From Eledone cirrhosa (taxonomy: Eukaryota), in NCBI GenBank assembly GCA_964016885.1, contig OZ024747.1:75082001-75146000 (forward strand): a stretch of 64,000 nt of DNA, written 5' to 3'. Positions within the stretch are counted from its first letter, which is position 1. Each line of letters begins with the position of its first letter. The notes under the pieces are model-generated. The model ran no database searches. It had not been told where the DNA came from and worked only from the letters and a program-made list of their open reading frames with translations. Shown piece by piece: positions 1 through 12,552 of the stretch. The translations under genes and the position numbers were made by a program.

Positions 1-84
1 CATATAAGTCCCTGGCTACAGATAAAGTGAACAGTGTCACCTGTGGGACTTGCCACATGCTGTGTGCATATGTTGCTATTTCAC

Positions 85-343
85 CTGCATGTGTATATCA
101 TCATGGACAAGTGTCTTTAATCTTAGTTTTGGAGCAATTCAAGCCTTGTGAGTGAAATTGGGTAAATAGAAACTGTTTGGAAGCCAATTGGATGAACTGG
201 ACTCTACCTTTCCAATATAGGTAGAGTCCAGTTCATCCAATTGGCTTCCAAACAGTTTCTATTTACCCAATTTCACTCACAAGGCTTGAATTGCTCCAAA
301 ACTAAGATTAAAGACACTTGTCCATGATGATATACACATGCAG
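85..343. repeat. Perfect inverted repeat (125-bp arms, 9-nt spacer); fold-back containing a SINE-like 3' fragment
   Basis: 85-209 is the exact reverse complement of 219-343; spacer ttccaatat. The arm contains aagccttgtgagtgaaattgggtaaatagaaactg, similar to 9050-9088. Confidence 0.9.
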
Positions 344-374
344 AGGGATTGAACCTGAGAACTCATGTTTAAGT

Positions 375-512
375 CTGTTCTAAGTTGAAGGCTCATCAGG
401 CCAATGCTTATCCTTGGTTTTCTTGGTGTTAAAACGACTGAAAGTACAAGACTCCCTGTACAAGATGCTGGTCTATTGCAGGGTTAACTCACCATCTACT
501 GCTGGTATTCAC
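375..512 (-). mobile_element. Decayed SINE-like dispersed repeat
   Basis: Similar to 10125-10235 (gcttatcc.ggtttc...ggtgttaa...gctggtattca). Confidence 0.5.
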
Positions 513-2630
513 TCTCATATATAGACTCAGTTGAAATATATTATCAACTCCATTCCTTTACTTCTAATATATCTTACCACCATGGTTATATCATATCAAA
601 GTGTTTTGTTGAGAAACCTTATAATCTTTCTTATATTCATAAGTCTGCTCGTTCTCAAGATAAAACCTGCTGACTTATGATTTTTAACCATTTTTCTTTC
701 TTTCACCTCTCTATAAATATCACACAAAAGACTATTTATAGAAGTTACTTGGTTGGTATTTTCAAGGTTGCTGTAAAATACTTGTTTACTATTTTAAACT
801 GATTTGTAAACAACACCGTCTCTCACTATGTGGTTTCCTCTTTGTCACTGTTAGTCATAGACAAGTTTCCACCTGTATAATCACTAACAGTAGTTGTACC
901 TGGTTTCCACTTGTGTAATCAACAACAGTAGTCATAAGTAAATTGATGTGGATGTTTACTATCATGACGACTGAAATGTTTTTGCATGGATGAAATTAAA
1001 AAACACTTCCTATCTTTTTGTGGAACTCGCCCACTCAGGCCCAAACACTCCTAACTTGGGTGGGAATATATTTTAATGGAATTCTATTTAATTATCTATT
1101 TAGACCTGACCTATCCCTGTTCTCCCCACTCACTGTACTTATTGACTAAAGAGTAAAAGCAAATCAAAATCACTCTGCACGTTGCTGTAAATACTATAGC
1201 ATTGTATCCTTAGGCAAGGTTGCCTTCTATCTAACTAGTTTTACTCAGTTTTTGTTTGGTTCAAATCTTAAAATGTTCACCATTGAGTTAAGGAGTAATA
1301 TGTTGGTTTATGGCAGTGAAGATTTCCAGTGTTCTTAGGCCCCAGACCACATCTCTGCTCACCTTTATTGGAACAGATTGGTCCCCACACCACATCCATG
1401 CTTACTGCTATCAGAGCTGGCTCCCTAACCACATAGATAGTAAATTTGGCTGCTCTCTGATGTGTTTGTGGTTGAACCTGTGGCAGTGGAGACTTCTTGG
1501 CCCCCAGACCATATCCTTGCTCACTTCTATCAGAGTGGAGTTGGCTGTCTGTGGGTGCAAGCCACACAAAGTGGAGTGGCTGTTCCAACACATCTCCCTC
1601 ACCACACTCTGGAGAAATGTCTTCACCATCCTATTGGCTAGGACCATGAAGCAAACTGACCTTTCAGTTTCATTAATGATGGTGGCATCTAGATTAGATT
1701 TATTTCCATAAGGATGGTTAATAAAAGTGAAAACATTTAATAGTAACTCTCTTCTCTACCTAGCTCACTATTTATTGCTTAATTTGAATTGCTAAATAAC
1801 TATATTTCACCTTTTTAGCACTATGACCTTTTGATACACACACACACACATATGTAAAAGTATTTGATAAAGCTTAACTCTACTTGGACCAAATATAGAA
1901 ATAGTTGTTTTGTCTGATTAAAGAAAAAAAGAAAATTTTAAATTACACTTCTGTACATTTTTGCATTTATTTTTCTACCTATAATTTTTGATTTGTATAG
2001 AAATTTCATCAATATATATATATATATATATATATATTTGATACAACTTTATAGTAATTTCTTACTTGTGTTATATATGTATGATATATATATATATATA
2101 CACACAAATACACTAAAGGTTACCTGTCAAGAACAATAGTAACGTATTAAATTTTCAGTCAGATATATTGCCTATGTAGTGTTTTTAGCTGTGTTATCAA
2201 GTCTGATATATCAGCTTGTCAGTGTTTTAAGGGACCAAGACAAAGAAAGACATTGCCACTGGTTAGCATTCAATTTCTACACTAATTACTATGCAAATTA
2301 TTTAAATTTCTTAGCTTTGTAAAATGGGTTTAAGACCATAAATGAAATAAAACAGTAAAATACTCAAATACTTTCTAGAATAATCAGTGAATTTTATTTT
2401 TTATTAATTTATTTTTTAACTTAAAGAAATTGAAATCTTTTAGAAATAAATTAAAATGGAAATGTGTTGCAATTACTCGTTGGTAATGAGGTTTCTGTTC
2501 ACATAAAAATGTAGCTGACAGATGATTTAATGGAAAGTTGTCATCAGGGGAGGTAAATCGTTACTACATTTCTATTATATTTTGATGGTTTTATGTTTTA
2601 TTGAGTTATAGCTAAGGTTTATTACTCACT

Positions 2631-2680
2631 GCCGACTACTACTACTGATGCTGCTACTACTAGTGCTGCTACTGTTGCTG

Positions 2681-2716
<36 letters not shown>

Positions 2717-2820
2717 TTACTACTATTGCTACTGCTACTACTATTACTACTACTGCTACTGCTACTACTGCTGCTGCTACTATTACTGCTGTTACTACTA
2801 CAACTACAACTACTACTACC
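2631..2820. repeat. (CTA/CTG)n trinucleotide microsatellite
   Basis: Directly visible; source of the poly-Leu and poly-Ser ORFs. Confidence 0.95.
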
Positions 2821-2956
2821 GTTCACAATGGTTTTAACAAACAGGGGAAAAAGTCCTCAATACTATAGTAAAGTGTTGTAGTTAATTTAGGCTGATCCAG
2901 TAGCCTGTTACTCATGCGGAATGAAACATGTTTGGGAAAACTCAAATGTATACACA

Positions 2957-2959
<3 letters not shown>

Positions 2960-3014
<55 letters not shown>
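2960..3014. repeat. (GT)n microsatellite
   Basis: Directly visible. Confidence 0.95.
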
Positions 3015-3017
<3 letters not shown>

Positions 3018-3869
3018 GGTAAGTGCATAACTAAAGTAACTGACAGTTACAATGGTCCATCTTGCATTGGGTTGTATTCCGGGGGTGGGGGTGGGGTTAA
3101 GACAGCTGTAGTGTGTAAATAAAGTAGGATTGAAGTCACTGTTGCAGCATATATGTACGTATATATATATATATATATATATGTGTGTATATATATATCC
3201 AGACCCATGCTAGCGTGGAAGATGGACGTTAAACGAAAGAATACATATACAGTGTGGACTGGGTGCTTTTTATTGTGACATGTATGTATGTGTGTTTATA
3301 CTCACATATACATATATATGTATGTAAACAGAAATAACAAAACTAACAGCATAGTACATGGAAGAAATATATTAGTTTAACGCTTGTCTTACACAATGGG
3401 GGAAAATGGTCGTTAAACACTGATGATGATGATACATATTCACATGTAATTACACACATTCACACATTTGATGGGTTTAGTAAAATCTTTTCAAATATTA
3501 CATTTGATGATTTCTTTTGACAAATAGTCTTAATTTTTTCAGCTCGTTCAACAATACTTATCTTGTTTAAGATTATAAGATTACCCCCTCCCCACCTCTC
3601 ACTAAATGTTCACTTTACAGTCATATGGCTTCTAAATAGCATTTGAGGATTGATTTTCTGGTTTTCTACCAGATATCTCATCTCATTTCCACTTTCAAAA
3701 TTATTTCAACCATTCTTGTGAGTCTACATTCTCCCATGTACATGGAGGTGACTTTTCTGTCCAGGAATAAAAGGCAAGACCAACACCATGGTCAGGTGAG
3801 GGTTTAAGTGGAACCCCAGCAGCTCAAAACAGTGAGAAGGCCCTGGATCGGATTGGATATATATATATC

Positions 3870-4240
3870 CAATGTGGTTGGTGTTAGGAAGGGCATTCAG
3901 CCGTAGAAAACCTGCCAGATAGTCCGATACGAGCGAGACACGGTCACCCGACCAATCTTGCCTCAAGTGGGACAATTCCTGTCTAACCCATGCTAGCGTT
4001 GAAGATAGATGTTAACCCTTTAGTATTCACATTACTCTATATATACTATTATATTTTCATTGGTAAAGGCTTTACCTCGTATAATTATCTCACATACTAT
4101 CGAATCTATGAGATTTTGAAAGTATTTATTTTGAGAACAATACCTTAACATCAGTTTGAGTGACCAGTTTCAACAGAAAAAGGTAGAGAATTCTGGCCAG
4201 TTTGAACATTAAAGGGTTAAACGATGATGATGATGATGAT
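3870..4240 (+). mobile_element. RTE LINE 3'-UTR fragment interrupted by a piggyBac-type MITE
   Basis: aatgtggttggtgttaggaagggcatt...cttgcctcaagtggga...acccatgctagcg...gttaa/acgatgatgatg matches the 3' UTR and (GAT)n tail at 37580-37741. Confidence 0.85.
4016..4216. mobile_element. piggyBac-type MITE, copy 1
   Basis: TIRs cccttta.../...taaaggg; TTAA duplicated at 4012-4015 and 4217-4220; homologous to 9155-9372. Confidence 0.85.
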
Positions 4241-5388
4241 ATATATATGTATGTACGTATATATATATATATATATATATATATAATCAAGGTTTAGCAA
4301 ATAAGAAAAAGTTTCAAAATTTAAAAAAATTAACTTTACTTACTATGGTTACCTTTGAACCACATTGGCATATGGTTGGACAATACATGTGTCCCTGAGC
4401 GCCTTGTGCGTGTAGGAACATATACTTTATTATATATATATATATATATTTATATGAATTTATATGAGTACAGCTACACACCTGACATGACCAAAACCAA
4501 ACAGAAAGTGGTGGATGTCAACCAGGAGTTCCTCTACAGGAGGGAAAAAGCCCTGGATTGGATTAAATTAGAAAATATAATATATTGTATATATATTATC
4601 ACATTTCTTCTGATGGCTTCTTTGTATATTGGTTAGATCCAAATATCATTATATATGTGTGTTACCCTGTCTTTAATAAATTCTGTTATAGCTAGCTATG
4701 TTCACTTTTATTTAACCTCAAACTCCTTCTTTCAGTTCTTAAAAACCTTCTCTTGCTGTCAGATATCTATCATATGATAGTACCCAAATATGTTTGGCTA
4801 TTGTAATTCCAAAGTCTGAGGTGTATCTGGAAGTGAGTCTCTTCATGAATAAATAATGAATATTAATTTATTTAACTTTCAGTATCTGCACTGAATGTGT
4901 TGTTAATCAAGCTTTTCTTTCTAGCACTTCTTATATGAATGACAGAGCTTATAAAACTCTTCATCCATTCTAAATGATTTCTATGACCTTACCTGCCCAT
5001 CCGGCGATGTCGGTTAGCTTCTGTAGAGGTTGACAAAAGCAAGGTATCAAGGTATAGTTGTGTTTAACAAAGGCATTGTATAGTTACTTGTTCTTAAACA
5101 AGTACCTCCACTTTGTCCTTCATTATCTATCCTGCTACTTAGCTATAGTAATTAATCTCTAGTGCAAAATCCTTGCTATTTCTAGCAAATTAGAGTGATG
5201 CTAGCTTACCATCTATCAAGACTAACAGAAACACTGTTTAGTATACTTAATTTTTACCTTTATAGTTTTTTTTAGGTTTGACCAGTTCACCTTGTCCTAT
5301 TCACATTTGTCCTATTCACATTTGTCCAGTTCAGTCTGTCCTACCTGTAGTGTCAGCTCATTTGTCTTGCTAACATTTATTACCATCT

Positions 5389-5422
<34 letters not shown>

Positions 5423-5547
5423 CACCTAATGTTTTTTTATATATATACATGCAAATTTATTGTACACAATGAAAAGAAAGTAGTTCATATAAAATAGAGT
5501 ATGAAATATAAATATATTATATATTTGTATTACTATTTATGCTGGGG

Positions 5548-5582
<35 letters not shown>

Positions 5583-5589
5583 TGTGTGC

Positions 5590-5641
5590 GTTGAAAAATA
5601 AATCTCATTTGGGAATGACCAAATGAGATTTATTTTTCAAC
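5590..5641. repeat. Perfect 23-bp inverted repeat, possibly at the end of a mariner-type MITE
   Basis: gttgaaaaataaatctcatttgg-gaatga-ccaaatgagatttatttttcaac, followed by caccctg (reverse complement of the cagggtg TIR start seen elsewhere in the window). Confidence 0.7.
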
Positions 5642-5659
5642 CACCCTGGAATAATAATA

Positions 5660-5850
5660 ACAAGGCTAGCATTTTGAAGGGAGATGGAACGGCAAATTAA
5701 ATTAACGCCAGTACTTTACTGATACTTTATTTTATTGACCTCAAAAGGATGTATGGCAAAAATGACCATGGCAAGATTTGAACTCAGAATGTAAGAAACC
5801 AGGATAAATATTGCAAAACACTTTATCTGTGGCTCTCACGATTCCTACCT
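5660..5850 (-). mobile_element. Decayed tRNA-derived SINE (Meta-domain-like family)
   Basis: Reverse complement of the 12642-12830 family (tactttattttattgacctcaaaaggat...gatttgaactcagaatgtaa). Confidence 0.7.
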
Positions 5851-6589
5851 ATGATTGTGAGGAAAGTAGACGGCTGCATTGGTGGTAAAAATTATTCTGT
5901 GAAGTTCGTAAATACTACAAACATTTGTCTGGCACTCTAATGATTCTGCCAGCGAAACATCCCTTAATTTTAATAGCCATATGTTTTATTTCATTAAATG
6001 CCAGCTAGGATTTGACTTTGTCTCTGATCAGGCCAATTTCGTCGGCAGCCAAAATCTGGCTTTATAGTTAATGTATAATGTGGGAAATAAAACTGATTTT
6101 CATATTTTAAAAAATGTTACCATTTACAATTCACCATTCCTTATAACAAGGGAAATAACTCAGTTAAACAATACCAACGTTAATGACTTCACTCCCTTAG
6201 TTTATTAAAAGATTTTGTGCAAAATCCTATTTATGACATTGATAATTAGGTTATTGTTCCCCATAGGCCCCGGAATCTTGTTGATTTATGAACAAGAATT
6301 TTCTACCCTTGACCATTCAGTATTTTTTCCAGATTTAAATCCCATTTTTTAAAGACTATAAGTAATAATTTGAGGGAAATTTTGGCTGCCATTTCAGCAA
6401 GGTAGGCAACCACATTAGAGTGGATGTTGCTATGGTATGTATGCTTCTAGGAACTGTAGGGGCGCCATAGTGACATACAACGTTTCTTTGGCATTTTAAA
6501 GCTCGGTGGAGCCCATATCCTCCCCAGGTCTGAACACAGCAAATTTCTTCCAGGGAATGATAGAGAGTGAGGGAGAGGAAATGAAAAAA

Positions 6590-6750
6590 GAAATAAAGAG
6601 GAATAATTGACCCAGTACTAAACCAGTAATTTTTTAGTCGACCTCGAAAGATGAACGGCAAAGTTGACCTTGGAGGGATTTGAACTTAGAGATCTGGAAT
6701 GAATTCAAGAAAGCATTCTATGTGATGGTCTAATGACTCAATTCGCCGCC
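6590..6750 (-). mobile_element. Decayed tRNA-derived SINE (same family)
   Basis: gtcgacctcgaaagatgaacggcaaagttgaccttggagggatttgaactt...aattcgccgcc. Confidence 0.7.
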
Positions 6751-7910
6751 TATTGCTATGGTATAACTTGTTTCTAACTTCATCCCTTATCCATTTCATC
6801 TGAAATAAACATGAAATATCCCACTTAGTTATTTATCCCTGTAGCCTTACAAATTCTCTCCCTCGATAAGATAATCTGTAATAATTATGTTGGCATTTTA
6901 TGTTGATAAAATTACTCGGAATAATTTTATATTGTTGTCGTTGTACTTCAATTTCTGATTAAGTCGACCTATTATCAAAGGTTTTCCAGCTGTGACTATC
7001 CTGTCTTTTTGTATACCTGGAACTGCACCGACCAATCTGTCCTTCCTGTTTGAAGTGTGATTTGAAAGAGATTTGGCTGCTATTTTTAGCAGGTTCAACA
7101 ACTGATGTAAAACCATCAGTGGTTCACATTTTGTATATGTAAATGTTTAATGTGTATTATGTGAATATTATATGTAAAGGATTTAAAATTTCCAATGTCA
7201 ACTGATTTTTGTAAAGTCTCAATAAACACACACACTCTCAGGCACACACACACACACATACTGATACATATGATATACTGATAAATATGTTGTACATTTT
7301 TCCATAAAAATAGAACTTCAAAGATATGTATTTATTGAAAATTTAGAAGCATAAACATATTATTTTCTCTTATCAGAGGCTTTTCTGCCAATTTGTTGGA
7401 TTATTTTTCACAGTAGAAAAAATATGTCCATACTTTTAATTTTTCAATATATATATATATATATACACACACCCACACACCCACATACACACACATGTAT
7501 GAACACAGTATACAATGAAAAGTAAAATGTTTGGATATTTGAAAATATATTTATTGTCTGTCATTAATTAGTACAATAGCTATCCTCGTTTATAATGAAG
7601 ATTTTTTTTTTTTTTTTTTTGAGGAAAAGAAATAAAATTTAACTTGTACATATTTTTATATATGTGCATATATATATGATAAAATTTGGAAGTCTAGCAT
7701 ATTCCCTACATACTGTTAGATAAAGACTCTACAACATAGTATATAAATATATATATACTATATGTAGTATATATATAGTTCTTACAACATAGTATATATA
7801 GATATATATATAGTTCCTTCAATATAGTATGAATAAATATATATATAACAAAGAGGGTGTGGACCATAACGCACCAGAGTACTCAATACTTAGGGTAGTA
7901 GAGTGGGTAA

Positions 7911-8018
7911 TAGGAAGATATTCAAGACCCCGATCGCTGAGCTCCAGCCATTTGACAGCTCAGATCTAGCTGTCAAAATGGCCGGAGCTCGGCTGTCAGG
8001 GTCCTGACTCTTTTCCTA
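7911..8018. repeat. Imperfect GC-rich hairpin, MITE-like fold-back between TA tracts
   Basis: taggaag...gaccc...gagctccagccatttgacagct / agctgtcaaaatggccggagctc...gggtc...tttccta. Confidence 0.65.
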
Positions 8019-8939
8019 TAAATATGTATATATATATATAAATGATACTGAAGATGTGATAGCTGCAATGAAGTAAAGAAGGCCTTCCACTGTTCTTCTC
8101 AAGCTGCTTATTACTAAATTTGTTATAATTTATAGGGTAGAGACAGGCCATTCAGTCTTGTCGAGGTGAACACAATCTCTCTAATGTTGGTACTGTGATA
8201 TAAATGTCCCCAGTACACTCTGTTAAGTAGCTGGCAATTGACTGGAGGCAATATAAGGTAGAAAGGACGTTAGTCTTGTTGAAAACTTGATCCTCTATCA
8301 TGCTGACACCACAATATAAATACTCCCAGTACACTCTGTAACCACATGGATGGATATGGTTTTAGTGTTGGACTCATCATCATATCATCCATACAAATAT
8401 TAACTCCTCCTCCTTCTTCTTCTCCTCTATAGGTGTACTGCTATACTAATCCTATGTCCCTCTAAAGATCATCTAAAATACAGTTAATGTGTCTTCATAA
8501 ACACCTCAAATTAACATATATTGTTAATGAAGGAGTTACTCCAGTATGGCCTTTTCTGCTTAACAGTGATAATAAAAAAAGTTCAATTATTTAAAATATA
8601 ATATTTCCAATTTTGTTCTTGTTAAGCCCCGGATTACTCTCCATTGTTTCAGACATATGGTCCAAGGAATTACACCTGGTGGTAATCCATTCTTTATATA
8701 GTGATATGTATGACTACATTATCTTCTTTACATAGTTAGAATGGTAGGTGAGATTTCAGGAAGACTTGGCTGCCATTTCTAGCAGATCAAGCGACTTTGT
8801 AGATTCTGTTTTTGTTGGTTCACTCCAAAATTGTTTGTGTAGTATCAGTGAATCCATTGCAAACCTTTGGAACAATGACATTCCTGATGAAGAAATGGTC
8901 TCCCTTTCTTTTGATACCAACCCTCTCTAAACAGACTCT

Positions 8940-9088
8940 GGTGGTAAACTTGGCTATGTGGCTAAGAAGTTTGCTTTGCAAATCACATAGCTCTGAGTTC
9001 AATTCCACTGCACAGCACCTTCTTCTATCATAATCTTATGGCTAACTTAATTATTGTGAGTGAAATTAGATGAAACTTTGTGGAAACC
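8940..9088 (+). mobile_element. Decayed tRNA-derived SINE
   Basis: A-box-like tggctatgtgg, B-box-like gagttcaattcc, and 3' part ttgtgagtgaaatt...gaaact...gaaacc. Confidence 0.55.
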
Positions 9089-9154
9089 TAGTTTATAGAC
9101 TTATCTGTTGCTTGGTCTTACACCAGGAGAGGCCACTTTGTTGCAAGTATTTAA

Positions 9155-9372
9155 CCCTTTAGCATTTACATTACTCTATATATACTATTGTATTTTTGTG
9201 GTAAATGCTTTATCTTACATAATTATCTCACATAATATCGAATCTGAGATTTTGATGTAATGTTTTTTAGAACAATAGCTTATTATAGATATGAGTAGCC
9301 AGTTACAGTCAGTTTGAACAGAAAGGGGTGAGAGAATTCTGGCTGGATATGGCCGGTTTAAATGCTAAAGGG
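9155..9372. mobile_element. piggyBac-type MITE, copy 2
   Basis: 14-bp perfect TIR ccctttagcattta/taaatgctaaaggg with TTAA on both sides (9151-9154, 9373-9376). Confidence 0.9.
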
Positions 9373-10119
9373 TTAAGCCAGCTCTCTGGTCTGAGGATAA
9401 TTCAGTATCTTAATATACTGGTTTCCTCTTGTCTCTGTGGCTCTACAAAGGTTATATGCTCTCCTTCCTCTTCTTATTTAGCAATAGAAAAAAAGAACAG
9501 TGTCACTTCTTTTGTTTTCATTATAATCTGATAAAAACTTGGAACTATAAAGACCAGTTATAAATTAAATATTTCTCTCAAATATAAAAAAAAACTAAGT
9601 AATAAACAACAGTTGACTTAAAAAAATATTGGAAAAATTAAAAATTTGAAATATATGCATCCCAATGGAAATAGTTGTATTGTTTCTAATATAGGCACGA
9701 GGAGGGACAATATTAACTCCAGTACTTAACTGGTACTTTATTTTATCAACACCAGAAGGATGAAAAGCAAAGTTGACTTCACTGGGAATAATCAATCATT
9801 ATAAATAATAGTTAAGAAAATCAGGCAAAGCACTCCCTGGAGATGAAAAAGGACAGGGGCACCTCTGTCCATTTTTTTCTGTCTCCCAAGTTGCTTTGTC
9901 TGATTTCCTTGACTATTATTTATAATGATCAATTATTATTATAGTTATTTGCATTGGGATGCATTCATTTCAAATTTCAGAAACTAACTAAATCATTGTA
10001 GACCATTTAGTAAAGAGTTTTAAAATGCTTATTGCAATGACTTTGATCTAAGTGATACGATGTATGAACTACAGTCATCATTTTATGTCCATTTTTCCAT
10101 GGTTTGCACAGGTTGGATG

Positions 10120-10367
10120 GCGCTTGAAGCTTATCCTGGTTTCATGGGTGTTAAGCAGCTTTGATTATGAAACTTCTTTAACTGGGGAGGCTAGTCCACC
10201 ATAGGGGAGATCCTAGATGCTGCTGGTATTCATTTTCGGCTGAGTAAATTGGAGCAATGTGAAATGAAGTGCCATGCTCAAGGACATAATGCATCACTGA
10301 GTCTGGAAATCAAATCCATGACCTTATCATAAGCCCAACACCCTAACCACTAGGCCCCATGCCTTCA
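10120..10367 (-). mobile_element. Decayed tRNA-derived SINE (gtccttgagca... family)
   Basis: ggagcaatgtgaaatgaagtgccatgctcaaggacataatgcatc...ctaaccactaggcc is homologous to 31395-31525. Confidence 0.7.
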
Positions 10368-10384
10368 CATTATCAATTTAATAT

Positions 10385-10590
10385 ACACTCTGTAAAGTTG
10401 GTTGGTGTTAGGAAGAACCTTCTACTGTAGAAATCATGCCCTTAAATTGGAATATCTGTGTGAGATGTGGTCCCTAGTCTCCTCAAGTAGGGTAGAGGTA
10501 CCAAATAATATCTGACTTGGGTCGTAAAAATTTATCCAACCTATGCCGGCTTGGAAAGTGGACATACAATGCCAACATTGATGATTGAGA
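10385..10590 (+). mobile_element. Decayed RTE 3'-UTR fragment
   Basis: ggttggtgttaggaag...ctgtagaaa...aacctatgccggcttggaaagtggac matches the RTE 3' UTR motifs. Confidence 0.6.
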
Positions 10591-10880
10591 TGGGTATGGG
10601 AGAGGAATATAATTAACAAAACTCTCAAAATTAAAAAAAAATGTATTTTGTGAATGCTAGATTTTTAGCTTTTATCATAATTCTCTTCTTGATATATAAT
10701 TAAATTAATTATTGCTATATTGTCATTGAAATGTTTAACATAGATTTAAAAAAAAACAAAGCAAATAACACTTAACCTAAAAAAAATTAATAAAACAAAA
10801 GCGGTTGTCTGTTGCTAATTTTTAAAAGTTTTTTTAAATGAAGTTTATTCCTAATTAGAATTTTCTTCTTCTACCTACAG

Positions 10881-10910
10881 AGATAAATGAGTGGAAATTC
10901 ATGTATGAAG
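10881..10910 (+). CDS. Candidate 30-nt symmetric (phase 1-1) microexon of an unidentified host gene: x-INEWKFMYE-x
   Basis: Branch-like ctaat, pyrimidine tract ttttcttcttctacctacag|, exon, then AG|gtaaaa donor; 30 nt with no stop in phase 1. Confidence 0.5.
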
Positions 10911-11159
10911 GTAAAATTTATTATAGTAAAAGTAGATGCAATAAATTAACTAATTATTTCAATTAATTAATTCTGATGCATTTAAAGATAATTCCTATTT
11001 TGGGGATAGTTGTTCTTTCTTCTAGAAAAATCCACTAGGTTGTTGTCGGCTTTTTTTGTGTGACCCCCTCATGATATATTCTGGGGGGAGGCTGGTTTAG
11101 GTTGCAATTTTCTAAACGACTGTTGCATATGATAAATATCATTATATGATATAATTGCA

Positions 11160-11391
11160 TTATATATATATATATGTATAAATGTTATATATATATATAT
11201 ATATATGTATAAATGTTATATATATATATATATATATGTATAAATGTTATATATATATATATATATGTATAAATGTTATATATATATATATATATGTATA
11301 AATGTTATATATATATATATATGTATAAATGTTATATATATATATGTATAAATGTTATATATATATATATGTATATATATATGTATAAATG

Positions 11392-11426
<35 letters not shown>

Positions 11427-11710
11427 TAAATGTATATATATATATATGTTTAAATGTATATATATGTTTAAATGTATATATATATGTATAAATGTTATAT
11501 GAATAAATGTATATATATGTATAAATGTTATATATATATATATATATATATGTATAAATGTTATATATATGAATGTTATACGTGTGTATATATATATATA
11601 TATATTTATTTGTTATATATATATATATGAATGTTATACGTGTGTGTATATATATATATATATTTATTTATATTATATATATATTTATATATACACATAT
11701 ATATATAATA
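11160..11710. repeat. TA-based minisatellite with recurrent gtataaatgtta core
   Basis: Directly visible. Confidence 0.9.
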
Positions 11711-12042
11711 TATGGCTAGTTGAGTGAAAATTACCAAATTCTGTTAATTCAATGCCATATATATATATATAGCACAATATTAAATGATATATTTAAAATA
11801 TAAATACATAAAAAATGTCTAACAGCAACCTATCAGCCTTTTCTTCCCACCCACATGTTGCAGCATTTCAATGTGAATTCTGTGCTAGTGTTGTATGTTT
11901 CAGTTTTATTGGTCTTCATTTAGTGTGTTCACTGTGTTCGGTATTTCTTTAATCAATGCACTTTTGTATATAGTAGCACTATTTAAAAAATGTACACTCA
12001 GATTATTTGAATTATAATCTCTTCTCTAACTCTCCCTTTCCA

Positions 12043-12263
12043 TCTATCTATCTATCTAACCTATCTATCTATCTATCTAACCTATCTATCTATCTATCTA
12101 ACCTATCTATCTATCTATCTAACCTATCTATCTATCTATCTAACCTATCTATCTATCTATCTAACCTATCTATTTATCTATCTAACCTATCCTATCTATC
12201 TATCTAACCTATCCTATCTATCTATCTATCTATCTAACCTATCTATCTATCTATCTATCTATG

Positions 12264-12294
<31 letters not shown>

Positions 12295-12372
12295 ACTATC
12301 TCTCTATCTGTCTATCTATTCTATACTATCTCTCTATCTGTCTATCTATCTATGTCTCTCTTTCTCTCTCTC
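12043..12372. repeat. (ATCT)n microsatellite with a 21-bp higher-order unit (ctatctatctatctatctaac)
   Basis: Directly visible; gives the LSIYLSN repeat ORF. Confidence 0.95.
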
Positions 12373-12552
12373 TTTCTGTATGTGTGTGTATATACACACA
12401 CATACACACACTTTCACACAGACTAATGTATTTATAGATTCATAGCGAATTATGCTAACACAGTTCGTTTCAAACAATTTATCTAAATTCATAGTTTTGT
12501 TAAATTTTCATTAAGAAAAACTAATAAATAGATTTCTTTAAAGCAACAAAGG

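Noticed and set aside
2626-3122. Poly-Leu, poly-Ser and CV-repeat ORFs
   Set aside because: Simple (CTA)n and (GT)n repeats.
4993-5020. Apparent 28-nt minus-strand exon (ctacag|...GCAG|gtaagg, KLTDIAGWA)
   Set aside because: The surrounding sequence resembles a decayed Meta-domain-like SINE core (gaggttgacaaaagcaaggta versus ggggtcgataaaataaagta); not frame-preserving and on the opposite strand to the better exon candidate. Only RNA-seq could rescue it.
6370-8805. Recurrent motif tttggctgc(c/t)attt...agcag (about 6380, 7070, 8765)
   Set aside because: Old dispersed repeat fragments too decayed to classify; no evidence for a regulatory role.
11160-11570. Regularly spaced gtataaatgtta units resembling a CRISPR-like array
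   Set aside because: Spacers are only variable-length (TA)n; eukaryotic context with no cas genes.
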